The notes under the pieces: generated by a model
Told to the model about the DNA's origin: nothing
Seen by the model: only the letters and a program-made list of their open reading frames with translations
Database searches by the model: none
Made by a program: the position numbers and the translations under genes
Source of the DNA: an uncultured Sunxiuqinia sp.
GTDB lineage: Bacteria > Bacteroidota > Bacteroidia > Bacteroidales > Prolixibacteraceae
Reading direction: 5' to 3'
Length of the DNA: 64,000 nt
Assembly (NCBI GenBank): GCA_963677175.2
Contig: CAXXES010000001.1
Coordinates: forward strand, 946,444-1,010,443
Shown: positions 1 to 7,441 of the stretch, one piece after another
How positions within the stretch are numbered: position 1 is the first letter of the stretch
How the letters are laid out: each line of letters begins with the position of its first letter

Positions 1-2253
1 CATGTCGGAAGTCACTTCTTCCAACGGAACTTTATAGATCTTTGAAGCTGTTGTGGCGTGAACATCCTGCTTGTTGCGGAATGCTTCCAGCAGGTTTTCG
101 TCTTTGCTCAAAGCAGCCATGATGCGCAATTCAATTTGCGAGTAGTCAGCCGAAAGGAACAGGTGATCATCGTCTGTAGCCGTAAAAGCCCGTCGGATCT
201 CGCGGCCGTTCTCGTCGCGGATCGGAATGTTTTGCAGGTTGGGGTTGGTCGAACTTAACCGTCCGGTTGCTGCAATAGCCTGGTTGTAGGATGTATGCAA
301 TTTGCCGGTTTTCGAATTTACCAAAAGCGGTAGGGCTTCCACATAAGTTGAAAGCAGTTTTTTCAATCCCCGAAACTCCAGAATCATCGGAACAATGGGA
401 TGTTTGTCCATCAATTTGCTCAACACCTCTTCGGAAGTGGAATACTGCTTGGTCTTGGTTTTTCGGGCCTTATTAACGATGTTCAGTTTTTCAAATAAAA
501 TGAGCCCCAGCTGTTTGGGCGATGACACATTGAATTCTTCGCCGGCCAAATCAATAATTTCCTTTTCCAGATCGATAATCTGCAAACGCAGTTTCTCAGC
601 AAAAACATCCAGCTCTTTGGTGTTCAGGCTCACGCCAGCCATTTCCATGTCGACTAAAACCGGGATCAGCGGCATTTCAATCTCCTCGAAAACGGAGCGA
701 ACGCCGGTTTTATCCAATTCCGGATCCAGTGCAAGTTTCAGCTGCAAAGTCAGGTCGGCATCTTCGCAGGCGTAGTCTTTCAGCTTTTCAACCGGTGCCT
801 GGCGCATGCTTTGTTGGTTTTTGCCTTTCTTGCCAATCAAGCTCTCGGTTTCCACTTTTTGGTAGCTGAGGTAGGTTTCGCACAGGTAGTCCAGGTTGTG
901 CCGCAATTCGGGTTGAATCAGGTAATGCGCAATCATGGTATCGTACACCGGGCCTTTCACTTCCACGCCATAATGCTTCAGCATCAGGATGTCGTACTTG
1001 ATGTTTTGCCCGATTTTACGAATGTTTTCATCTTCAAAAATCAGCCGGAACTCGCGCATGATCTTTAAAGCTTCGTCACGCTTTTTAGGGAGTGTCACGC
1101 AGTACGCTTCGCCTTTTTTGAAGGCAAACGACAGGCACACCAATTCGGCCGAGTGGGTGTCGAGCGCGGTAGTTTCGGTGTCGAAGCAAAACTCTTTCTG
1201 AACAGATAACTCGGCCCGGAGGCTGGCCCGTTGCATGGCGTTTTCAACCAGATAATAGTTGTGTGGTGTGTTTTCAATGTTGGCCAAGTCTTTCCGAAGA
1301 ACCGGTTCAGTTCCTTCGCTGCCACCAAACAAGCTGCCCTGTTCAAAACTGACTTCGGTCTGTTGTTTTGGCGCGTCTAGCTTTTGGGCCAGGGTTCGGA
1401 ATTCCAATTCGTTATATATCTTTCGCAGCGCTTCAATGTTGGGTGCATCTTTGGTCAGCGACTTTTCATCAAATTCAACCGGAACATCCAGAATGATGGT
1501 AGCCAGCTTGCGCGACAGGCGAACCTGCTCTTCGTGATTCACCAAATTTTCCTTCTGCTTGCCTTTCAGCTCGTCAATATTTTCATAGATGCCATCAATC
1601 GAGTGGTAGGTCGAAATCAGTTTCATGGCTGTTTTGGGGCCAATGCCGGGGCACCCGGGAATATTGTCGGACGAGTCGCCCATCAAACCCAAAATATCAA
1701 TGACCTGATCCGGCGTTTCGATTTCGAATTTCTCTTTCACCTGGTCCACACCCCAAATCTCCACGTCGTTTCCGGCCCGCCCGGGTTTATACATGAAAAT
1801 GTTTTTCGAAACCAGTTGGGCGTAATCCTTGTCAGGCGTCATCATAAAAACCTGGTAGCCCGCTTGTTCACCCTTTTTCGCCAGCGTTCCAATCACGTCA
1901 TCCGCCTCAAAACCTTCCTTCTCCAGAATTGGAATGTTGTAGCCTTCAATAATTTTGCGAATCCAGGGAATGGCTTTGCGAATGTCTTCCGGCATTTCGT
2001 CGCGGGTGCCTTTGTAGGCTTCAAAAAGTTCGTGCCGGAAGGTTGGCGCATGCACATCGAAAACGACCGCGATGTGCGTGGGGTTTTCGGCATTCAGTAA
2101 TTGCTCCAGCGAGTTGACAAACCCCAGCATAGCCGAGGTGTTGAGCCCGTTGGAGTTGTAGCGCGGGTTTTTAATGAACGCGAAGTACGAGCGGTAAATC
2201 AACGCGTAGGCATCGAGCAAAAAGAGACGGTTATTGTTGCTTTGTTCAGGCAT
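1..2253 (-). CDS. polA: DNA polymerase I, N-terminal ~750 codons (3' end of the gene lies beyond the window start)
   Basis: Minus-strand frame is open from ATG (2253-2251) to base 1; it is absent from the ORF track because there is no stop inside the window. Own translation: MPEQSNNNRLFLLDAYALIYRSYFAF (5'-nuclease domain), CFDTETTALD (3'-5' exo-like), LAGEEFNVSSPKQLGLILFEKL, AATGRLSSTNPNLQNIPIR and SADYSQIELRIMA (family A polymerase motif A). Confidence 0.93.
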   Translation of the reverse strand, partial: MPEQSNNNRLFLLDAYALIYRSYFAFIKNPRYNSNGLNTSAMLGFVNSLEQLLNAENPTHIAVVFDVHAPTFRHELFEAYKGTRDEMPEDIRKAIPWIRKIIEGYNIPILEKEGFEADDVIGTLAKKGEQAGYQVFMMTPDKDYAQLVSKNIFMYKPGRAGNDVEIWGVDQVKEKFEIETPDQVIDILGLMGDSSDNIPGCPGIGPKTAMKLISTYHSIDGIYENIDELKGKQKENLVNHEEQVRLSRKLATIILDVPVEFDEKSLTKDAPNIEALRKIYNELEFRTLAQKLDAPKQQTEVSFEQGSLFGGSEGTEPVLRKDLANIENTPHNYYLVENAMQRASLRAELSVQKEFCFDTETTALDTHSAELVCLSFAFKKGEAYCVTLPKKRDEALKIMREFRLIFEDENIRKIGQNIKYDILMLKHYGVEVKGPVYDTMIAHYLIQPELRHNLDYLCETYLSYQKVETESLIGKKGKNQQSMRQAPVEKLKDYACEDADLTLQLKLALDPELDKTGVRSVFEEIEMPLIPVLVDMEMAGVSLNTKELDVFAEKLRLQIIDLEKEIIDLAGEEFNVSSPKQLGLILFEKLNIVNKARKTKTKQYSTSEEVLSKLMDKHPIVPMILEFRGLKKLLSTYVEALPLLVNSKTGKLHTSYNQAIAATGRLSSTNPNLQNIPIRDENGREIRRAFTATDDDHLFLSADYSQIELRIMAALSKDENLLEAFRNKQDVHATTASKIYKVPLEEVTSDM

Positions 2254-2265
2254 GCTTTTCAAGTT

Positions 2266-2715
2266 TTAGTTATTATCCGAAGCAAACCACTCAGCGCAAG
2301 AGATGCTGGTTTCATAAAGCCGAACACTGAATAATTCAAGATGTTCAGGCAGAAGCTTCTTTAGTTTATCAGCTATAAAAATAACTATATTTTCGGTAGT
2401 CGGCTGAAAATTTACCAGGTGTTGCCGTTCATACAATTCGCCCAACTCAAGCAGTATGTTATGTGCCGAAAGGTTGTTGATGACCAGCGAATGGTCAAAT
2501 GGTTCTACAATTTCTTTTTTAACCAGTTTTTTCAGAACACTGAAATCGATGACCATCCCGTCTTTCGGATCGCCTTCCTTAAAAAGCGGTTCGCCTAGGA
2601 TGGTAATTTGTAACTTGTAAGAATGTCCGTGAATATTGCTACACAGCCCGTCGTAATTGGCCAGGGCATGCGACATTTCGAAACCAAATTGCTTGGTTAC
2701 TCTGATCTTTGTCAT
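2266..2715 (-). CDS. queD: 6-carboxy-5,6,7,8-tetrahydropterin synthase (6-pyruvoyl-tetrahydropterin synthase family)
   Basis: 149-aa ORF. FGFEMSHAL ... CSNIHGHSYKL histidine pattern and size are typical of QueD/PTPS. Confidence 0.82.
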   Translation of the reverse strand: MTKIRVTKQFGFEMSHALANYDGLCSNIHGHSYKLQITILGEPLFKEGDPKDGMVIDFSVLKKLVKKEIVEPFDHSLVINNLSAHNILLELGELYERQHLVNFQPTTENIVIFIADKLKKLLPEHLELFSVRLYETSISCAEWFASDNN

Positions 2716-2810
2716 CGTTTGATTTTAATGGCGCAAATCTAAGAACTTCCCGTTAATAAACGAAAAAAGCCGGCGATGAGCCAGCTATTCTATTGTCGTT
2801 GAAATGTGAT

Positions 2811-3116
2811 TTATTCCCCGCAAGTGCAACGTTCCAGGCAGTCAACCACCTGGCTTAACACGTCATGCTTTAAATAATAGAAGGTATTTTTGCCTTCGCG
2901 GCGTGAGCACAACACCCCTTTATCTTTTAGAATTCCCAAGTGGTGCGACGTTGTAGACTGTTCAATGCCCAGAAGCTCATGAATCTGGGTGACGGTCAAT
3001 TTTTTGCCACCTTCAAGATGCTTGAGGATAGCAATACGCATAGGATGCGCAATCGCTTTAAGCATATTGGCTGCCATATCAAGCCTTTCCGGATCTAGTC
3101 CCTGTATTTGCATCAT
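2811..3116 (-). CDS. ArsR/SmtB-family winged-helix transcriptional regulator
   Basis: AHPMRIAILKHLEGGKKLTVTQIHELLGIEQSTTSHHLGILKDKGVL is the ArsR HTH signature. I place the start at MMQIQGL (3116) rather than the ORF-track ATG at 3188, because a -7 box/operator palindrome lies at 3137-3154 and the shorter product (~101 aa) fits the family size. Confidence 0.8.
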   Translation of the reverse strand: MMQIQGLDPERLDMAANMLKAIAHPMRIAILKHLEGGKKLTVTQIHELLGIEQSTTSHHLGILKDKGVLCSRREGKNTFYYLKHDVLSQVVDCLERCTCGE

Positions 3117-3136
3117 GATGTTTTCAATTACAAATG

Positions 3137-3154
3137 CAAATATATAAATATTTG
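3137..3154 (-). promoter_or_regulatory. 7-4-7 inverted repeat CAAATAT-N4-ATATTTG overlapping a TAnnTTTG (-7) box; candidate promoter/auto-operator of the ArsR-family gene
   Basis: Plus strand 3137-3154 = caaatatataaatatttg. The minus strand reads TATATTTG (matches Bacteroidetes -7 consensus TAnnTTTG) about 20 nt upstream of the ATG at 3116. Confidence 0.35.
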
Positions 3155-3323
3155 ATGCCATCTTAAACAAATGTTGGTTTTGTTTCACTTTTTAGAACGA
3201 TTACAAATACCTGAAAGTGACGACCCCTCAAACAATCCCTCAGAATAGTTTGTGTAAGACTTTGATTGATCAGACAAAAACTTAATTTATTTGCTATTTT
3301 TGAAGCATTCAAAAATCCCACTG

Positions 3324-4298
3324 ATGACCTCTTTGGATATCATTAAAGCACCCATAACAGATGAATTGGAAGCGTTTGAAGATTACTTCAAGGCAACCAT
3401 CCAAAGTGACATCCCTTTGTTGTCGCTGATTATCAATTATATTTTACGGAAAAAAGGAAAGCAAATGCGCCCGATGTTTGTCTTTCTGGCGGCGAAAATG
3501 AACGGTGGTTTCAACGAGTCGACCTACATGGCGGCTTCATCCATTGAACTGCTGCACACGGCTACGCTGGTGCACGACGATGTGGTGGATGAGTCGTATG
3601 AGCGGCGCGGAAGTTTCTCGATCAATGCGCTGTGGAAGAACAAGCTGGCCGTATTGGTGGGCGATTACATTCTGGCCAAAGGCCTGCTGCTCAACATCGA
3701 CAATAAAAAATACAACTTTCTGCACCTCATCAGCCGGTCGGTGAAGGATATGAGCGAAGGCGAGATTCTGCAAATGCGTAAAAGCCGCAAGCTAGACATC
3801 GACTACGAAACCTATTTTGAGATTATTGAAAAGAAAACGGCTTCGCTGATTGCGACCAGCATGGCCATTGGGACGGCGTCGGTGACCGACGATGAAGCAG
3901 TGGTGGAGCAGATGTTCCAAATCGGGATTGACGTGGGCATCGCTTTCCAGATTAAGGACGACATTTTTGACTACCAGGCCAAAGGTTTGCTGGGAAAACC
4001 CACCGGAAACGACATCAAGGAGAAAAAAATTACCCTCCCGCTGCTTTATGTGCTGAGCAATTCGGAAGAGAAGGAGAAGCGCCGGATTTTGCACGAGGTG
4101 AAACGCAAAAATAAGAATACCGCCAAAGTTCAGGAGCTGGTGAATTTGGTGGTCGAACGGGGCGGACTGGAATATGCGACCGAGCAAATGAACTTTTATC
4201 GCAACCGGGCGGTTTCATCCATCAACGCGTTTCCAGAGTCCGATTCGCGGAATGCCCTGATTGAATTGGTCAACTATGTGACTACGAGAAAAAAGTAG
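3324..4298 (+). CDS. polyprenyl diphosphate synthase (trans-isoprenyl diphosphate synthase, long-chain IspB-like)
   Basis: Two aspartate-rich motifs, LVHDDVVDES and FQIKDDIFDY. ATG at 3324 is preferred over the TTG at 3291. Confidence 0.85.
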   Translation: MTSLDIIKAPITDELEAFEDYFKATIQSDIPLLSLIINYILRKKGKQMRPMFVFLAAKMNGGFNESTYMAASSIELLHTATLVHDDVVDESYERRGSFSINALWKNKLAVLVGDYILAKGLLLNIDNKKYNFLHLISRSVKDMSEGEILQMRKSRKLDIDYETYFEIIEKKTASLIATSMAIGTASVTDDEAVVEQMFQIGIDVGIAFQIKDDIFDYQAKGLLGKPTGNDIKEKKITLPLLYVLSNSEEKEKRRILHEVKRKNKNTAKVQELVNLVVERGGLEYATEQMNFYRNRAVSSINAFPESDSRNALIELVNYVTTRKK

Positions 4299-4361
4299 AT
4301 TCATGCTGATTGGCATTGTCATTCATTTTTGTTTCCTATCAATGGATAAACGGCTTGCAAA

Positions 4362-4997
4362 ATGACAGAACATAAACATACACACGAAGAGAAAACCTTA
4401 TGGGTGGTGCTGCTAACGGCGGTAACCATGGTTGTTGAAATTATTTTCGGACTGACCACCAAGTCGATGGCTTTGTTGGCCGATGGAATCCACATGGGCT
4501 CGCATGTGTTGGCGATTGGCTTAAGCTGGGTAGCCTATCTCATGGTTCGAAAAGTTTCGAAAAGCAAGAAGTTCAGTGGCCACTCGGAAAAGATTCTGTC
4601 GCTTTCGGGCTATACTAGCGGATTGCTGTTGTTGATTTTTGCCTTTGTTATTATGCTTGAAGCAGTCAAGCGTTTCTACCAGCCGGTTGATATCGTTTAC
4701 AAAGAAGCCATCCTGGTGGCCATTATCGGCTTGGTGGTTAACATTGCCAGCGCCTTTCTTTTACATCACGATCACGAACACTCCGACCACAACATCCGGG
4801 CGGCTTATCTGCATGTGATTGCCGACGCGCTGACCAGCGTTTCGGCCATTCTCGGACTAACTGCCGCCATGATCTGGGATATTCCGTTTATCGACACCCT
4901 AGCTGCCATTGTCAGCTCGCTGGTGATTATTAAATGGTCAGTTGGCCTGCTGAAAGAGTCTGGAGGCGCACTGCTGGATATCAAGGAGGGGAAGTGA
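4362..4997 (+). CDS. cation diffusion facilitator (CDF) metal efflux protein, six-TM membrane domain only
   Basis: Six hydrophobic segments. TM2 LADGIHMGSH and TM5 HVIADALTS metal-site motifs, His-rich loop HHDHEHSDH. Ends (TGA 4995-4997) right after TM6, where the cytoplasmic C-terminal domain normally starts. Confidence 0.8.
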   Translation: MTEHKHTHEEKTLWVVLLTAVTMVVEIIFGLTTKSMALLADGIHMGSHVLAIGLSWVAYLMVRKVSKSKKFSGHSEKILSLSGYTSGLLLLIFAFVIMLEAVKRFYQPVDIVYKEAILVAIIGLVVNIASAFLLHHDHEHSDHNIRAAYLHVIADALTSVSAILGLTAAMIWDIPFIDTLAAIVSSLVIIKWSVGLLKESGGALLDIKEGK

Positions 4998-4998
4998 T

Positions 4999-5177
4999 CA
5001 GTCCCAGTGTTCAGTTTTCAGTCGCAGTCCCAGGGTTCAGCAGTCATCCCGACAGTCGCCGGATCAGGATCCCTCAGTAGCTGGAGCAGAAGAGGCTCCT
5101 ATTGGTGAGGCTGTCCAAAAAGCCTTTGAGTAGCGTCATCCCGAACTTGTTTCGGGATCCCTTAGCAGATGGAGCAG
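4999..5177. repeat. cluster of short direct and palindromic repeats (REP-like) downstream of the CDF gene
   Basis: cagtcccagtgttcag (4999-5014) / cagtcccagggttcag (5025-5040). tcatcccga...gatccctcagtagctggagcag (5044-5089) / tcatcccgaacttgtttcgggatcccttagcagatggagcag (5136-5177); the second copy contains the palindrome atcccgaa-N6-ttcgggat. Confidence 0.6.
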
Positions 5178-5240
5178 GGGGAATGAAGGGTTTAATAACA
5201 AGCATCTACCTGGCCTTAAAACATCTGAAATCAGTATGCA

Positions 5241-6194
5241 CTAAGTTACTTGTGCGCTGAGCTTTTTTGTCTTCCATTGTCCGAATATCATAAATCCAAT
5301 TCCAACAAATATATAAGGAAGGCTTAAAAGTTGTCCCATGTTCAAGGTCATGCCGTCTTCAAATCCAACTTGATTTTCTTTAAAAAACTCAATAATAAAT
5401 CTTGCTAGAAATATTAAAACCAAGACTAATCCAAAGAAAAATCCATTTTTTAGATTTGCTCGTTTAGTCTTATAAAGCAAAATCATGATTGCAAAAATCA
5501 GGAAATAAGAAATCGCTTCATAGACTTGCGCCGGATGTCTTGGTACATTATCAACTCTTTCAAAAATAAATGCCCAAGGTCTAGTTGTGGGCATTCCAAT
5601 TATTTCAGAGTTCATCAAGTTTGCAAGTCTGATAAATCCACCGCCTAAGGCTGCAACAACTGCAATCAAATCAATGGTATCAATCATTGCGTGTTTAGTT
5701 TTTCGTGAATAGAAAAACAGGGCAATTATCAATCCTAATGCACCACCATGACTAGCTAATCCCTGATAACCAATAAATTTAATTCCACCATCAGGAGGAA
5801 AAGTGATCGGCAAAATCATTTCTATCGGATTTGATAGATAGTAAGAAGGTTCATAGAATAGACAATGTCCTAATCTTGCCCCTGCTAAAATTCCAATCAT
5901 TCCATAAATAGACAATTTTTCCAAATTTTCAGAAGGAATGTTTTCTCTATCATAAATCCAACTTAAAACATAAGTACATAAAATCAATCCGCCTACGAAG
6001 AGTAAGCCGTAGTATCTAATTGAAATCCCGAAGATATTTACGATCTCAGGGTCTGGGTTCCAGTGAATATAATTTAGTGTCATATCTTCGCTTTCAACGA
6101 TTTCTTTTCTATAAACATGCAATGCCTCCGGAATCATAAACGATGCGAGATGGTTTTGGTCCATATTCATCATTGCTCTTTTATGCGTGTACAT
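5241..6194 (-). CDS. lgt: prolipoprotein diacylglyceryl transferase
   Basis: Polytopic membrane protein with IRYYGLLFVGG, GARLGHCLFYEP, LASHGGALG, IRLANLMNSEIIG and HPAQVYEA, matching Lgt signature regions. The true start may be an internal Met (e.g. MTLNYIHW). Confidence 0.86.
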   Translation of the reverse strand: MYTHKRAMMNMDQNHLASFMIPEALHVYRKEIVESEDMTLNYIHWNPDPEIVNIFGISIRYYGLLFVGGLILCTYVLSWIYDRENIPSENLEKLSIYGMIGILAGARLGHCLFYEPSYYLSNPIEMILPITFPPDGGIKFIGYQGLASHGGALGLIIALFFYSRKTKHAMIDTIDLIAVVAALGGGFIRLANLMNSEIIGMPTTRPWAFIFERVDNVPRHPAQVYEAISYFLIFAIMILLYKTKRANLKNGFFFGLVLVLIFLARFIIEFFKENQVGFEDGMTLNMGQLLSLPYIFVGIGFMIFGQWKTKKLSAQVT

Positions 6195-6391
6195 AGAGCG
6201 TTCTGTAGGTATTCACCAAACGCATCTCGTTCCGCTTTTCCTCCCCGTTTCCCTTGCCCGACTTTCTATTAATCAATCCCCCACAAAATACAAAAAATCA
6301 TGGCGGTAACGATCCTATGTTGAAAACTTGCTGAGAATTGAAAAAATAGGTAGGCTTGAGTTCCTTTAGCGAGCGGATATTTAAAGAAGGT

Positions 6392-6433
6392 CGGGTTTTT
6401 AGTGAGGGCTTCACATGGAGTGAAACCCTCACT
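6392..6433. repeat. palindromic element, copy 1 (cgggttttt + 14-bp stem hairpin)
   Basis: agtgagggcttcac (6401-6414) / gtgaaaccctcact (6420-6433), one C/A mismatch. Near-identical copy at 6976-7017. Confidence 0.7.
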
Positions 6434-6501
6434 CAATTCAATTGGGTTCGGCCCCTGATAAATTGCCGTTTCCGGGAAGCTGGAGTTTTTGGCGAGGCCT
6501 G

Positions 6502-6791
6502 TCGGAAAAATCCAGTCGCCAGCTTTGTTGTTTTTTCAAAATAATGCGAAAATCTGCGACCAGTTTTGTTGTTTTTTTGAAAAAATACGAAAATCTGCGA
6601 CCAGCTTTGTTGTTTTTTCGAAAAAATGCGAAAATCCGCGGCCAGCTTTTCTATTTTTTCAAAAAAATGCGAAAGTTGGCGGCCAGCTTTTCTGTTTTTT
6701 TAAAAAAATACGAAAGTTTGCCGCCAGCTTTTCTGTTTTTCTGAAAAAATGGAAGAATCGATCGCCGACTTTGAGCTTGAAGGCTGGAAAT
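6502..6791. repeat. degenerate tandem repeat array, about 7 units of 41 bp
   Basis: Unit starts at 6546, 6587, 6628, 6669, 6710 and 6751 are exactly 41 bp apart, with a 44-nt leading unit from 6502. Example: gcgaaaatctgcgaccagttttgttgtttttttgaaaaaat. Each unit carries a T-tract/A-tract palindrome (ttttttNaaaaaa). Confidence 0.85.
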
Positions 6792-6975
6792 CAGACGTCC
6801 GAAAATGTATGCATTGAACAACCTGGAAGGCATTCGCGGGGCCGTGGCTGAAATCCAATCAATACATCCGTGAAGCAACCACAGCCGCCCGATCAGGCGG
6901 AGCATAGGCCTCCGGAAATAGAAAATAAGCAATCAATAAGCTGCAATGAGTCATCGGATCAATTATTAATTGTTC

Positions 6976-7017
6976 CGGGTTTTTAGTGAGGGTTTCACTT
7001 CGAGTGAAGCCCTCACT
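6976..7017. repeat. palindromic element, copy 2
   Basis: ccgggttttt + agtgagggtttcac (6985-6998) / gtgaagccctcact (7004-7017). Same flank orientation as copy 1; the mismatched stem position is swapped. Confidence 0.7.
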
Positions 7018-7040
7018 CGCAAGCCGCAGGCCGGATTAAA

Positions 7041-7097
7041 AATCACCCGTTACCGGGGGTCGGGATTGTAAGTTCCGACCCCCGGTAACGGGTGATT
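7041..7097. repeat. perfect 23-bp inverted repeat (very stable hairpin, 11-nt loop)
   Basis: aatcacccgttaccgggggtcgg (7041-7063) / ccgacccccggtaacgggtgatt (7075-7097), no mismatch. Confidence 0.9.
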
Positions 7098-7378
7098 ATG
7101 AGTGGATGAGATGCAAATGGCATAAAACAGCCATAAATTGCTTTTTGGATCTCGGAAATTGAATATTACAGCGAAAATCAGAGCAAGGCAATCAATGAAA
7201 ACCAAATGATCGCCCCCTAAAGGTCAAAAAAGAAACTGACCTAAATTTGAAAAATGGAAGTCCGACAGGTTCCTAGAAGGAACGAAACCCGCAAGGGTTC
7301 AATATTCATCACCCTCGCAAAATTTGGACGGCTCAACCCGAAGGGACGGCATGAATATCAATCATTGACACAACGGTG

Positions 7379-7422
7379 AAAAAAAATGTCACTTCAACTT
7401 TTATTTGAAGTGACATTTTTTT
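7379..7422 (-). terminator. bidirectional rho-independent terminator downstream of the 7442-7984 gene
   Basis: A8 (7379-7386), 12-bp stem atgtcacttcaa / ttgaagtgacat (7386-7397 / 7405-7416), T7 (7416-7422). Lies 20 nt past the minus-strand stop codon. Confidence 0.8.
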
Positions 7423-7441
7423 GTGTCGATGTTTGGATGCC

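Noticed and set aside
58-2334. Plus-strand ORFs (e.g. 1384-2100, 238 aa) in the first 2.3 kb
   Set aside because: They are antisense shadows of the polA frame, which translates into unmistakable DNA polymerase I motifs on the minus strand. The plus-strand products are low-complexity.
6502-6791. CRISPR array
   Set aside because: Units abut one another with a fixed 41-bp period and no unique spacers, the repeats are degenerate, and no cas genes are present in the window.
6356-6932. Overlapping 62-120-aa ORFs on both strands across the tandem array (e.g. 6442-6744, 6489-6851, 6651-6932)
   Set aside because: They are translations of repeated DNA whose period (41) is not a multiple of 3. The products are low-complexity and the ORFs overlap each other, so a coding interpretation is not credible.
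7286-7306. tRNA-like T-arm (gggttcaatat)
   Set aside because: No acceptor stem, D-arm or anticodon arm can be drawn around it.
6195-7441. Chromosomal replication origin (AT-rich repeats, phased A-tracts)
   Set aside because: I found no DnaA-box-like TTATCCACA/TGTGGATAA in the spacer, and no dnaA/dnaN-type neighbours.
4998-7441. Recognisable mobile element (IS, integrase, MITE with terminal inverted repeats) carrying lgt
   Set aside because: No transposase or integrase ORF and no clear terminal inverted or direct repeats bound the AT-rich block. It is reported only as compositional and repeat evidence.
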